A stretch of 64,000 bases of DNA from Lingula anatina. Lineage: Eukaryota > Animalia > Brachiopoda. How positions within the stretch are numbered: position 1 is the stretch's first letter; the number at the start of each line of letters is the position of its first letter. The notes under the pieces are model-generated. The model was given only the letters and a program-made list of their open reading frames with translations. It did no database searches and was not told the origin of the DNA. The stretch is from positions 29,698,001 through 29,762,000 of the forward strand of contig CM120642.1 of the NCBI GenBank assembly GCA_051362555.1, written 5' to 3'. Positions 1 through 14,500 of the stretch are shown piece by piece. The position numbers and the translations under genes were made by a program.

Positions 1-599
1 ATGAATAAAAAAGAAACCTAATCCTTTCATATATGCCCTAAGTTTCTCAGGACAGTGCGTGACCTGCTTTGGCTTTACAACGTAAACACACACAGCTAAT
101 GTGTAAATAGGTCGCCGTACTCTTTGTATCGGGATATCCGCTCAGGTCGCGTAAAGTGACCGAGGTTGTCAACCTTGACAAACCCTTAGTAGACAATGGT
201 CATGAGCTAAACCGATCCATAATTCCTAATTCATTATTTCTCTAACTTCTCCACGGCAGTGTCGTCTACGATACAATTATCGACCACTGCTGCGGAGAAA
301 AAAATCCAATTTGTAATGTGCCTGACATACTTCACAGCAGATCAGCTGTTGTGAAAATCGATGGTTGGAACTAAATATGCATGTATTTCGTTAATGCCCC
401 CTCCCTCATCTTTTTGTAACTTGCATGCTGTCTGTGTTAAAACAAGACAGCACCGTAGTTAAGTGCAGATCCCAGAAAAATAGCGGTAAACGGTTTGACA
501 AGGATAAAACCCCGCCATAACCAACAGCCCGCATAAATGTTGCATATTTTCAAAACAACCCTTGTTGCGCACTATTTCTCCTCTGCGCGCAGAAAACGA

Positions 600-1200
600 A
601 ACCAAGTCCAACCGTACCTCGGTCGTGATGTAACGTTCCGACTCGCTGATTCTCTAAATTTGACAAGATAAGAAAATCGTCCGTACTTACTTTCCGCTGA
701 GGTTGAAATCTTTAAACTCAACTGCCAGGTGACGCTACAAACCGACGCTAAATTTGTAGCTGCCCTTTGTCCTAAGGTAAACAAACAAAACCGCGTGGAT
801 TAAGGGCCAATCGTGTTCAAGCTAACAATCATTCATACACAGTAAACCAATCAAATGTGTTTTAACAAATTCCGGGTTCTAATTTCCTAAACTGAGTCTT
901 TCGTGGCCTGTTTTATTGGCTACGTAAAATAGGTGGGGGAAAATATGACGTATTTTCTTGGGAGATTTGAATGAGATAATTTTCTATTTGCATAATCCCA
1001 AGTCGTTTTTATTCAAAAATAAACGGAGGAGTTTTTTCCATATAATTCTGTTTAATAAAAGAGTGAATTTTTTTTATTTTTCTGGGACTTATTAGAAGAA
1101 ATAGATTTTGGAGAAGTGTGTTTGACATCACTGGTGCCATTTGCTTGTGGTCTGACGATTACACTGAACCCCTCCTGACCTTGTAAAGTGACGTCAATTT
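600..1200 (-). promoter_or_regulatory. Probable promoter and first non-coding exon of a minus-strand gene continuing left of the window
   Basis: CpG-richer than the surroundings. Minus-strand donor-like sites (GGAAA|GTAAGT near 690, CCGAG|GTACGG near 617), CCAAT boxes near 807, 848 and 915, and a CRE TGACGTCA at 1189-1196. No coding exon identified. Confidence 0.35.
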
Positions 1201-4200
1201 AGGACAATAACTTGGCCCCAGTTCAAATTTACAATAGTTAATTCAGCGACCAAATCGTCTACTAGCAACTGAAATTTTCAAATGGAGCGTTGGCAAGGAC
1301 GCGCTCGTTTCTGTTACCTGTGCGACTTTGTTTACTTTGGTGTTGAGAAAAATGCAGGTGTAGAATTTCAAAAACAACGAACTGCAATTAAAAACCCCTG
1401 ACACTTCAGCAGCTTGGCCGGCTTGGCAGTGTGCATGTAAAAAAATTCCGTACTTGCTGCGAATTTTGCTGTTTTCAAAATATTTCCCATACGATGAATC
1501 ATGATAAAAACATTTCGAAATATAATATATAGGTCAAACCCAATATCAGCATACAGGCACAAGTGCATGCATGTTGTAAATCCCAATCATCGGCTACATC
1601 AAAGCCATGTTTCATACTGGTACTAGTAATGTGTCTAAAATTACAAAGAATACACATATGCCACAGAATACACATATACCACTCATGCAGTGGAATTATT
1701 AAGCCGCTTCGTAAAATATTTTACTGATGTAATGGCATTGACTTGGCGGTCTTATACACATGTAGGCCTGACGGACTGCATGTGTAGATCATGGCATTTA
1801 ATTAAAAGATATATGCAGGTAAATTATAACGTTTATCTGGTCCATGTCAAGGTGTTGTCCGTGACGGAGTGTAATTTTTGTCTCGCTAAATTCTGTTACA
1901 TCGATGTAACGCTCAATGCAACGGTGATGCAATATATGTCTCTATAGTCCAAACACACGATGCTGGGATGAAGTGTTTCGGGGTTTCACCTTTATAGTTT
2001 CTCTAATTCATAGATTCATTGATGGACCTGCTTCTGTGCCGTTATTTTTCTCTGTTTCCACATGTACTAACATTGCCTACCTTTGCCTCTACCTTGAGTA
2101 TACTACAGGACCCCACACTTACGTAATGTGGGCATTTTATTCGTCTTTATTGAATGAACTTCGACTACCGGTACCTCACTTTTATCGGAGGGCCAATGCT
2201 AAAGAGGCTCCAACGCTGTGATTTTTTATTTATAAATGGAGTTGTAAATCCGGTCAATAAGTTGTAAACTTCTTGATCCGATAAAAATTCTTCGTATTTA
2301 AGGATAACTTATTTAAATCGTTTTTATGTGTGCAAGGAATTCTAGTTGCCCCTTCGTGATTGAAATGTAATAATTATCAACTTGATATATCAAGACTGGG
2401 GTAGTCAGACAAATCCTCAAATACTAGCCTTTAATAACGCTTTTAAAAGCTATTTTGACAATGGCATATTCAGATTAATAATTTTATTTTGTGAAAATTT
2501 GGATTTAAAGCATTCATGTACCATAAGTAATATCCTGTAGAGGTAGTCGGGCATATTTTGTTGAATTGAAGGTGTTTTTATTATTTTCCTTCTAAAATAA
2601 ATACAAATTTATATCCCGGTGCATTTTTAATGCTCCCGAATAAGCTCCAAGACCAAACACAACTACGATATTTCCAATTACATTCACCATGTTACATTCA
2701 ATTACATTCACCATGTTTGATGCTGAGCGATAATAGTAAATATACAAGGGTTGCAGTTCTCTGACTATTAATACTGCAACTGAAGCCTCTTTTCACAGAA
2801 ATTAAAACTTTAAGTGACTTTATAACAGAACAATAGGAGGCACTATAGCAGTCAAGATAGAAAAATACATGCACATTCCGTCCTGTTTTTCTAATAAGAT
2901 GTCAATATTTCGGAACATTTTTTGCAGTGCAAATAAGAAGCTGTACAAACCAAAAGAACAAAACGACAATCAGCAGTGTATTGTGTACATTGCCAAACCG
3001 ACTTGTCACTACTTGTAATTCTAGATGAAATAACTTTCCAAACCTTGGTCACTGCGTGGGCATTTTCAGAGATACATGGAGAATATCTGCCTCTTGTGTC
3101 TGCGCATTTGTTCACCGAAAGGAAAACCAGGAAAGGAACTTTTATGGAAGACGTCATTCTGTGATTATTAATCGGATATTAACCTACTCTTCCCTTCACT
3201 TTTTCTACCACCGTGTCTGTAGCTGACGTACCGATTACGTACATGTGGAAACAAAGAAATCAGAACGCTATAGTGTTTCAAATTCAAAATTTAATGAATA
3301 AGCCTACATGTATCAAGTAGCTAACACTGCAATCTTATTTTAGACCTAGGTTTGCAATCACTCACCCACACACATACGCACACACGTGCACACGCACGCT
3401 GCGCACACAAAACTAAAAAAGAACTCATGCAAATACACGTGCAAGCTGACAAGCACAACGCGTACTTACATGAGCCAGTGGACCAGTTACGTCATGGGCT
3501 GATTTTATCTTCAACTGGGTAAAAAACGACAGTTTAACTTGACCCCATCATGGTCATCATGTTATACAAGTGCAAGTGTACTGGTCAATACATAAATGCG
3601 TGTGTTAATTTTGTTTTCCAGCTTTTTTTCTCTTGACGTTATATTCAAAGCGAAAGCAATGCTTTCAGCGGTGTTAATGTCCCGACATTCTGGTACTGAA
3701 AAAAAAAAAAGACTTTTGAAAAGGGGACTACAATCTACCAGTCTATTCCTGTCAATCCTACAGGTAGATTGTATCATCTTTTTATCCTATAGAGTATCTT
3801 TCAGATACATTCTATATTTTGTCTTCTTTGATACAGCCGGTGTACATCTATTTTAAAAGATACTGAAAGTGTTTTTTCGGCGAAAAAGTACACACACAAG
3901 TTTACAGTTATGACTTTATGTACTGAGGATAAATGTTTATTAATTTTGTCAGTTAAATACATATAAATAAATGAAAAACTTATTATTTGTTCATATAGAA
4001 AGTCAAACCCTTCTTAATTTTATATTATGTGCTGGTACACTGTAGCTCAGGTCCATGGACCTATGGGAGTTTCATGCGTACTGTCCAAAGCTACCCCTGT
4101 AATTACCCGGGGGCGGGAAGGCAGTGTTCCGAAATCCCTTCATTTGCCCTTACTTATTTCTCATTTTGCTATCCTCATTCAAATTTAAACTAGTCGGAGT

Positions 4201-4356
4201 GGTAGCTTTATAAATAATGTAGAAGAATGGCACTCGATTCCTTCCTATATTCCTTCCTATGTTTTCTTGTTCTGAGAGAATCAAAAGCGTTATGAACACC
4301 ATAGGGTTCATTCCCACCATTGAAACTATCGGTCTACATAGATCGATCCAACTCCG

Positions 4357-4710
4357 CAATTCAATTCAATTCAATTTATTTTATTATAGTCTCACCCATA
4401 GATACAATTAAAAACAATAAAAATTAAAACAGTCATCAGGCAGTTCTATACAGAGAACTATGAGAGACTAAAAGAACTAATTACAGTTTAAATACATAAA
4501 ATTTCTTCTTAATCCTAAGAAAAGGCTACAGGCTTTGGCAGTGCTAAAAATCATTTTTGGATCATCAATCAGGAAAAGAAATTTGCTTACTTCATCCAAT
4601 AAATCAAAATCCGGCTTAAAACATTTAGCAGTTCTAATTAAATCAGTACGATAAGTAGGGAATACACTTTGCTTTGGAAAAAAGAGGAAGTGTGTTAATC
4701 TGTTAAACCG
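4357..4710 (-). mobile_element. 5'-truncated non-LTR retrotransposon (LINE) 3' end
   Basis: Minus ORF 4477-4803 ends HFLF...PTYRTDL...KFLFL...AKAC...LRRNFMY, resembling the C-terminus that follows the CCHC knuckle of LINE ORF2 (RTE-X/L1-type). It is followed by a short 3'UTR ending in AATAAA plus an (ATTGA)n tail at about 4357-4380. Confidence 0.6.
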
Positions 4711-5944
4711 ATTGCATTCAACAAGAGTCCCCACGGAGCTGGATCGATGTACGTAGACTGATAGTTTCAGTGGGAGTGAACCCTTGGTCATGCCCAGCCG
4801 CACAGTAGAGCAATAACCTCAGTACCGGCACGCACGCAATACTGGTACAAGTAGATGTGGATGGGAGGGACACATGAATAGATGCGTTATTAAAACCCTG
4901 GTCAATAATAATCCGATGCACTGGAAGCCGATGTCATGGCAGTTACTGACCTTTTACAGCCCTTAACGTTCCTTTCAGAATGTTTAATGGTCATTTCATT
5001 CCTCGATCAATACTGCTTTCGCTTTCATACAAGAATTATTGTACGCGTTGAGGAGCAAAATTTTATCCATTGCACGGGTTATCACTGCATCTGATATGTA
5101 CTATAGGTAGTCCCCTATTCTAATTCTCGTTTATAAAAAACATAACGTGCTTCTTTTTACACAAATTACTACTGCTATTATGACAAGGGGTTTCACTACA
5201 CCAGTTCGTTTTATGTCAATACATAGATTGCAAGACAAAAATGTACACAGCAAGATGAGAACACCTGTAACACAAACGGGTAACGCTGGCTCTCAGTTAA
5301 AAAGGATTTCATCCCCTTTGATTCTTTTATATCCTACAGCTTGTCTTAAATACTTAGCTACAGTGAATAAATGTTAGTCAAATAGTTGCAACATATCAGA
5401 AGGTATACAGGTATATACATGTACATGTATAGTGTGTGATCACGATCTGTCAGTTACATGTACATCAGAAGCGTGTCATGAGTGAAACAAGGATGACATG
5501 AAAGTAATTAAAGATACATAAATGCAAGAGAACAGCTGCGTAAATTCTCTCCAATTCACACAAATTACTGATACCAGTTTCTTGCTCATCTCATAGAAAA
5601 TCCACATGCCAAAAACAACCCAAATTAATCACTCGGTCAGCCGAAAAAGGCTTTAAAACTTCAATATCTCCAAATTTTTGGTTGTAGGCCCGATTTACTT
5701 GTCCGCCCCTCTAGTTCGCAAAGAAACGAAAATGGAACGAAAGGAAATAATGGAACGATAGCTAGTTCTTTAACTATATGGTGGTCGGGTTAACTTTTTT
5801 TTGACATGTCTTCTCGCTTGACATGCATTTTTAATGTTTGATCTGAATCTAATACAAAGCTTTTTGGTAAAATCTGTCCGTATGAAAAAGAAAATAGAAG
5901 TGTTTTAGTTCGTAGGTCTTGTTAATAAGAAGGCAGCCACTGAG

Positions 5945-6005
5945 AGCACGTGTTATTGTTTACGGAACTAAGGTCACGTGATCAAAACATTGCCATTTCC
6001 GGTTT
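5945..6005 (+). promoter_or_regulatory. Core promoter motifs of KYAT copy A
   Basis: E-box CACGTG (5947-5952), forkhead-type TGTTTAC (5957-5963), USF/TFE-type GGTCACGTGA (5972-5981) and ETS-like ATTTCCGGT (5995-6003), clustered just upstream of exon 1. Confidence 0.5.
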
Positions 6006-6039
6006 GAAACTGAGACAGTGGACACAGGACTCAAGCCTA

Positions 6040-6168
6040 CGCAGTACTTGCCGACCCTCTTAACTCTGACCTATGGTCTTAACACGATAATAAGCGATCA
6101 GGTACTGTAATAGCCAGGTTATCTTGTCGAATGCCCTATTTTCATTTGCAACATGGCTGCTGCAACAG
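6040..6168 (+). other. KYAT copy A exon 1 (5'UTR, carries out-of-frame uATGs); 5' boundary approximate
   Basis: Ends CAG|GTAACA at 6168/6169 and is conserved in copy B (25560-25684, CAG|GTAATA). ATG 6153 is out of frame with the downstream coding exons. Confidence 0.6.
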
Positions 6169-7136
6169 GTAACAACTGAGCGCCGCTTTAGGTTTAGGAT
6201 GCTGCATGGGCCGCTAATCTAGTACATGTACATGCATGTAAGATACCGTCACAGTATCTGCGAGAGCACTACACGGATGTTTGTCACATAAAAAGCCTTC
6301 TCAAATATCTTTTAGGATCTGTGCAATACGAATTCTGTTGTTAACAGTAGACATCTTCAGAATGTATTTATGTAGCTTTTAATTACATAACTTAAGGATT
6401 GAAAAATGTTCATTTATTCCTTCAAAACAAATTCCATGTACCTGGTATGCTATAAAATTATTTGCTAAAATTCATCCAAGATGAAAACTCTTTGAGGCTA
6501 CTTATGAAAAATTTATATCGATAAAGAACTTGCCATGAAATCATATAAAACCCATTGTTTGGTCAGACGGTTTTATTTTTAAAGGGAATCAAAATTGGAA
6601 GTAAGCCTAATATTAGTACCAGTACATGTAGGTTAATGACAATAATGTACATCATAATTATTCTTTAATGGTTAAAAGATTACTAGTGCTGGTATGTTAC
6701 ACGTATGTATGTCAACATAATTAAGCAGACCTACTTTGAAGTTAGCTGTTCATGTCATGCCACCATAGTCTGTGAATTATAAAAGCTGTCGCACATTTCT
6801 TTATCACTGTGCAAAGCTCACTCCCTACCCCCATGTTGTAATGTGGTATATATAGCAAGTGCTAGGTGAACATCTAAGATACACTGTGAAATATTTATAA
6901 GAGCATGTTGTTTTTATTTGTAGCTTTGTTCTCCATAAAATCTAAACATACAGAAAATGTGATATTTCGATTTGAAATGAGGTACAGATATGCATATTTT
7001 TGCATATTTATGTGTTTATAATGAATGCTTAACTTAAAGATATGTATTTATGTATCAGGTATATTTGTCTCATCATTATTAATCTCGCTATTTCTGTCTG
7101 TTTGCCTGGCTGTCTGTCCATCCACTTACCCACTTA

Positions 7137-7682
7137 GAGCGCATTCTCAACGAATTAAGCCAGGCTTTACAAAGCCGGTGACCTAAAAATGGCGGACGTA
7201 CATGAAAGAAAAACCGCCTAATCTTTTAATAATCTCTCCGCCTCCCCACACGTCGTCCCTGCGGGGTACAGTAATTAAATCGCGTCTCCGTTCGCCATGC
7301 GGAAGCTACCTGAGAAATATTAAGTGCGCATGCTCATCAATTAAACTCGTGGTGAAGAAAGCATGGGGGCTGAAGGCGATCGAAGGAAAAAAGCTCTTCT
7401 GTTCTATTATCTTTGAAAACAGAGACGAAAAAGGAATAATTTGGCCCGTAGAGCAGCAATGAATCGACTGTCTACGGAGATAATATCACCAGAGATATTC
7501 ACGGAAATATTAATGTTCGGAGCCGAGATTTAATTACTGTACCCCGCAGGGACGACGTGTGGAGAGGCGTGTGAGAGGCGGAGAGACTATTAAAAGATTA
7601 GGCGGTTTTTCTTTCATGTACGTCCGCCATTTTTAGGTCACCGGCTTTGTAAAGCCTGGCTTAATTCGTTGAGAATGCGCTC
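7137..7682. mobile_element. PIF/Harbinger-type MITE, young, 546 bp
   Basis: Near-perfect terminal inverted repeats of about 105 bp (GAGCGCATTCTCAACGAATTAAGCC...), plus about 45 bp of further internal inversion. Flanked by a TTA target-site duplication (7134-7136 and 7683-7685). Absent from the paralogous intron in copy B. Confidence 0.9.
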
Positions 7683-7744
7683 TTATAAACCCATCTTTCT
7701 ATGCATCTTTTGATATACAGTATACATATATATCTTCTCAGGGC

Positions 7745-10539
7745 ATGTTGAATCCACTGAGGTTCAGTATTGAAAGGCAGAGTCTGGTGTTTAGGAGCAG
7801 TTTGTGCCAGAGGTGTTCTCAGAAACAAACACCCCATCATCACTCAGTAAACAAAGCAATAGTAAGTTAATGCTTATGTTAACAACTAGTAACTCATTAT
7901 GCACGATATTAACTGTTACAGTAGTTGCATGTGGCATCTGCATATATTTTAATTTTCAATTGGGCAAAATGTACTGAAGTGGCTTAAATGATTTTATTTT
8001 TGCCTCATTTTCTTTAGCCAAAGTAAATTACTTGCGAAATGTGAAATGCTGGTTAAAATTGACATCCTGCTCTCATGGTACATGAAACATGACAGTCAAC
8101 TGAGCTTGTGAGAAAGCAAATTACACTCACACTTTTATTTACAGTTACACAAAACACAATAAAGATTATCCGACATGTTCATTAATTTGTATCGGATCTG
8201 TCAAGAAACACGGGCAGCAGTGGTGATATGTGTTCTCAAATATTCGTAGACACACATGTTGTACACATTAGCATGCCTGCACATTTCAAGGTCACACAAT
8301 TTTCTTTTTGCCTGTGCATAGGTTGCATAGTTCTTTGATAATTCTTTTTTTTAGGTCACAGTGAGGACATGAACAGGTGCTCTGCTTCAATGCAAAAGTA
8401 TACATCGTAGGCACTTAGTTGAAGCATGTAATATACTTCAAGTATTATATCACGCACTGCCTAACTTAGTGTTTGTGTGGTTGGCTCATTATTATTTGTT
8501 CTTCTCTTTGCAGTCCAGGATGTCCAGTAAATTGGTCAGTGCACACAGGACCATACATTCTGCGGACAGTGTTTGGTAAGACCATGCAGAGTACAGCATC
8601 AGAGGCTGTTCTCAGACACGCGATATAGAAACATTTAAAAACTGTTCCCACCTGCACCATCAGACTAGCTTGTGGTGGTCACTCTGTAACTGGAGCAGGA
8701 TTGTTTGTCGGTCCAAAGTAGTCTTGTCTGAACACTTAGCGACTTGTGTCATATGAGAAAAGTATATGCAATGTATCTCTGATTGCATTTTAAAAGGAGA
8801 TAAAGATATGATTGTGTACTATTTCTAAATAATGTAGGTTTTAGATTTTATTTTTGGTAAGTAATGTGTCATCATCATGATGCTTATAACTTATCAGATG
8901 TAATGTAATCATATTAACCTTTCTGCATTTCAGTAAGCCTACTTTCTGCATGCACTGTTTATATATATATTTACACATGTTCACAATTTTGACCTGATTA
9001 CATTTTTTCTGAACAATTATTTTGTTGATTTTCAGGGTGGAATTTGGCAAGCTAGCCACCCAGCACAAAGCTATCAGCCTTGGTCAGGTAACTATGTCTT
9101 ACCAACAAAATTAGTTTTCATGCTTCAGCGATATATTTCCTAAATTCTTTAATCAAGGTACAGAGGACATTTGTTAAGTGGTCTTGGCAATACCTGTTGA
9201 TCCACTTGATGTGCTGTCTGTGAACTTCATCTCACTAAGTACTTAGTACTTTTATTAGGGTGTGTGTGTGACTGCGTTCCTGCATGTGACTGTGTGTCAT
9301 GTGCATCATCATTTACCATAATGATGTTACAGAAGAAATATACTGATATATGTTTGAATGAATATTTGTATTAGTTACAACATGAGTCGTCCACTGTATG
9401 CAACATATCACAGTTATTTAGCATGATTTATTTCCTGATTATTTGACATTTATATTTTTAAAAAAAAAAAAAAAAAAGAAACACTGCAGCCAGTGGGCCA
9501 TTTGATAACAGCTGAATCATCCTTCCTGTACATATCTTTAATTAACCTTCACCTTGACAATGGACAGCATATCTTGTGACTTATCTGATGTAAGGAAACC
9601 AGGAGTTATCTAAATAGCCCAGTAAAACTTTCTTTATTGTTGTGGATGAAACCAGTTTTAGAAAATAATTACTATGTCCTATTTTAGAAAATAATTACTA
9701 TGTCCTACCATACCTGTGTTTAATTGAGACTATGTAAATCTTTGTATATCTACCTCACCTTTGTTTAATAGAGACGGAAAATTACTATGTAGCCGCCTTC
9801 GTCTACATTTTATGGTTTATATCCTGCCTGTATCTCTGTATTATGTAAACTGTACGAATTATCTATTAAATTAAGTAGATGCTGCTGAGTGACAGGTAAC
9901 CTGACCAATAGTAACCAGGAATGTCCTCAGTCAGTCATCCCCCCTCCCAAGGGATTTAAAAATTAGCAATGTGGTGAAGAAGTCAGTACAGGGTTAGCAC
10001 CGGAGCAAGAAGGTTGTCATCTCTATTGTAAGGCTAAGGCTCCTATGTACACTTATGCTAACAGAAATAAACCTGTATTATAACTGAAGTTGTGAGTTTG
10101 TTGAGTGGAGACATATCAGATCCCCAGCATATGGTCAGAGCCGTCCCCTGGACCATCATAAACATACCAATGCGACAAGAGCGTAATTAGATTGCGATGT
10201 ATGATGTAGCATACAGTGGACGACGAAAAGTTGTAACTGACATATCTCACGGCTGGTGCTTCAAACAATAGGATGAATTTCCTGAAGCATATGAAAATAC
10301 AAGCAAAGGTGTAGGCAAGTGAAATTCTCCTATTGGCAAAGCACTAGCTTTGGGATACAACATTGTACTTTGTATTTACATTGTACTTACATGTACAAAT
10401 GCATATTAGCTGATATCATGATCAGCAACAAACCTAACAGTGCTGAAGCTCCAAGCAATGGTGCACTAAGTTATGCTCAATGGTGATATTCAGGGCATGT
10501 GCCTGAGTGATGACACCACCCCCTCCCCATGCACATATG

Positions 10540-10583
<44 letters not shown>

Positions 10584-10592
10584 ATACTCTCA

Positions 10593-10644
<52 letters not shown>

Positions 10645-11035
10645 CACACACACACCTTTTCTCACGTACACACACACACATACACACACACACACATACA
10701 CACACATACACATACACACACACACACATACACATACACACACATACACACACATACATACACACATACACATACACACACACATACACACACACACATA
10801 CACACATACACACACACATACACACATACACATACACACATATACACACACATACACACACACATACACACATACACATACACATACACACATACACATA
10901 CACACACATACACATACACATACACACACACATACACACATACACATACACACATACACACATACACATACACATACACACATACACACACATACATACA
11001 CACATACACATACACACATACACATACACACATAC

Positions 11036-11072
<37 letters not shown>

Positions 11073-11367
11073 TACACATACACACACATACACACACATA
11101 CACACACACACACACATACACACACACACATACACACATACACACACACATACACACATACACATACACACATATACACACACATACACACACATACACA
11201 CATACACATACACATACACACATACACATACACACACATACACATACACATACACACACACATACACACATACACATACACACATACACACATACACATA
11301 CACACATACACACACATACATACACACATACACATACACACATACACATACACACATACACACATAC

Positions 11368-11410
<43 letters not shown>

Positions 11411-11498
11411 AAAAGGTACATGTTTCATTAGTACAAGCTTCATTTGCTCAGTGCTGCAAATACCCTATATATGCTGTTAGTTGGACATTTGTACCATT

Positions 11499-11553
<55 letters not shown>

Positions 11554-14500
11554 AAAAAATTTCCCTTCAAAATTTCCTTGATTCACCTGGGCATAATAAG
11601 TGATGTGAATGGTGGTGATGATGATGATGGTCATCTTAATTAATATCAACTTATACAATACTGTTCTTACAAAATACAATCTTGTCCTTTCTTCTCCCAG
11701 GGATTTCCAGACTTCTCCCCTCCAGAGTATGTGAAACAAGCCCTCTGTGATGCAACCATGAGCAGCAATGTTCTGCTGAACCAGTACACCAGGAGCTTTG
11801 TAAGTCTTACTGCATTTAATATGCAGTGTTATGTAGGAGGGAAATCAAACAATAAGCCTCTGTGAAGGAACAAAAAAAATCTTACGACCATTTAAGGTAT
11901 CTTCAATGGGATTTCCATGCCAACTCTCATTTTCTTTGAGAAAAAGAAAAAAAATTCATCTACTTATGAATCATTGTTCGGCCCATGCCTGTGAATAGAT
12001 TCAATGTTTTGTATTATTTCTAATTAAATAAATTCATGATTTGCTGTTAGTGTTCCCGGAATTTCTGGAATTTCAACATCAGCTACTTTTTTGAAGGGTT
12101 TAATCCTTTGTAACATTTGAATTGGAAGAAAATTGTTTAACTCACATTTAAGCAGATTTAGCCTTGCGATAAGAGCCAACTGGCAATGGTAAAACTCACT
12201 ATCAACAGCATGTTCAGAAACAGGTTTTAGCAGGCAGTTAGGACTTACTGGCATTGACAGAATTAAGAGTGGGCGATAATAGATGATCAGCCTCGATAAC
12301 AGTAAGTCCGGGTTTTATTCAGTATCAATCTAATTGTAGTTTGTATACTTATGCCTTCCATTTATTTTGCAATGTCTGTATATTTGTAGTTATAGTTTTC
12401 TGATATTTCAGGTTTGGTCCAGGGTGCTAAAGACATTCTGAAGCACAATGTAATCAGGTATTCTAGGATCACCCCAAACATTCCCTGGTACTTTCATGGA
12501 TGTTCTTTGTAGGATGTACTGTTATAGTATTGCCAGCCAAGAGTGGTCCAGACATGAAAAATGCCCTCTTGTTTCAGGGTCAACCTAGACTGATCCATTC
12601 AAAATGGGGGACTAACTTGTTCAAGGGTCAAATGTGACTGACCCACTTAAATACTTCCCCACTGGATATCTATTTAGTGTATTAGTGGATTAGATGGCAA
12701 GCTTTGTAGTGGGTCGCCATATTTGGCCCTCTGACTAGTTAGTCCTCTGTTCTGAATGGAGCCTAAGATGTCCCCTTGCTTCATTGTCACCCCAGGTTAT
12801 CTCTAAGATGGTCTCGTGTTTCATGGTTCTCCTAATTTGACTTAGGAAATTTTAACATACTCCTCTTCTTCCAGGGTCACCCTAGGCTGGTTCAGGCAAT
12901 CTCCAAGATGTTCTCCCCACTCCACGGTCGGACCATTGACCCAATGAATGAGATAATCGTCACAGTTGGTGCCTATGGGGCTCTGTACTGTACCATCATG
13001 GGGTTGATCAACCCTGGGGATGAGGTAGGTCCTACCTCCAGGTGGGTTGGATTATTTAAGATTCAAACAGAACAGGTTCTGAAAAGTTCTATGTATTGAT
13101 AGGGTTTTGTTTTAACTCAGGACTGAGAAAGATCATTTGGCTTCATGAGATCAGTAGACTAATTAGACAGTTATATATAATAATGACCAACTGATGGTTG
13201 TCATCAAGTAGTTTACCCTTTCATTTAAGGGAGAGGAGCTTCGTATAGGTGGGCTTGTGCTGGGCTGGCAACCATCTTATTATAACACTAAAAAAGTGAT
13301 GATGAAAAAACCATTTAAGTACCTGTATTTGTTTTGTCTGTGGAAACATTCCCAATGAAACTATCATTATATGTAAATTGATCAAACTCCGTAGGGACTC
13401 TCTCTGAGTACAATCAGGTTAAAAGATTAAGATGCCTTCTCCTGGCATTGAGTAGAATACAGAAAAGCTGGTGATTATAAGAGTACATGATTGCAATCAG
13501 TGAGAGTCCACATGGAGTTGGATCAATCTATGTAGAATGATAGTTTTATTGGGAATAGGCCCTCTGTTTATGTACCTTATGTAGTAATAGTGATTGGATA
13601 CACAGGCTCATTAAAGTTTGTAAATAATAACTTTCAGGCTTGATAATAAGTATCTGGAATTATTTTTATATTTTCTGGCATTTATTTGGAACAGACCTTT
13701 GATATGCTAGTAGCTGGGATAAATGAGCTATTTGGAATAACCAAGGCTAAGGTAATAATGCATTAAAACCATGGCAACAGTTTAAAGCATGATCTCAGGA
13801 TGTCATATTGATAATATTGAGCTTAATGGTGATAATGCCTCAAGACCTTCATAAACTAGATCAGCCACTAGGACCTATGTTGTAATATCATCTACTGGGT
13901 TACATGTATCAGTGTATAGTAGTTCTGATATCAATACTAAGAGAACCTGTCAATAATAGATTAAAACCTGAAAACACTGTATCTGATTAAAGTAATTTAT
14001 ATCTATTTTAACATATTAGCATATATTGCTGCCACAGTTACTACAGTATTTAGCTTATGATGTAGGCTCTACCATGTTATAAAAAGTCCTGTATACTAAG
14101 TAAACCACTGCAAAAGCAGATATGGGAAAGGGGAGATGTATCCTCTCTCCCATTAAACACACACACACACCTTGAATAATGTTGTCAAACATGTCAAGCA
14201 AAGGTTTTTCCACACACACACCCCACCACCCAATTAATGTACCCTTTGGGCCAGCTCTTTTATAAAGTGGACAAAAACTTCATTTGTAGTTATCTTAAAT
14301 ATTTGAAATATTGGGATTTTAAAATGGTTTTTGTATGCATTAAAACTGAGAAGTGTGAAATGATAATAGTGTAGTTGTGGCAGGATAATAGTAAGACTTG
14401 ATAGCAGTTGATAGTTTTATTTTGAAGTTACTAGTAATGTATGCTTCTTCACAAAAATGATGTACTTTTCAACAAGAGTTGAGTCCTTTCAGCTCTCAGT

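Noticed and set aside
2040-3260. ~20 bp inverted repeat (TTTCT.TGTTTCCACATGTAC) around short ORFs 2891-3164
   Set aside because: No TSD or recognisable transposase or THAP motif; ACATGT-based matches are common throughout this sequence.
10473-11739. Six 250-380 aa His/Thr- or Cys/Val-rich ORFs
   Set aside because: They are translations of the (CA)n microsatellite, open in all frames, inside a KYAT intron.
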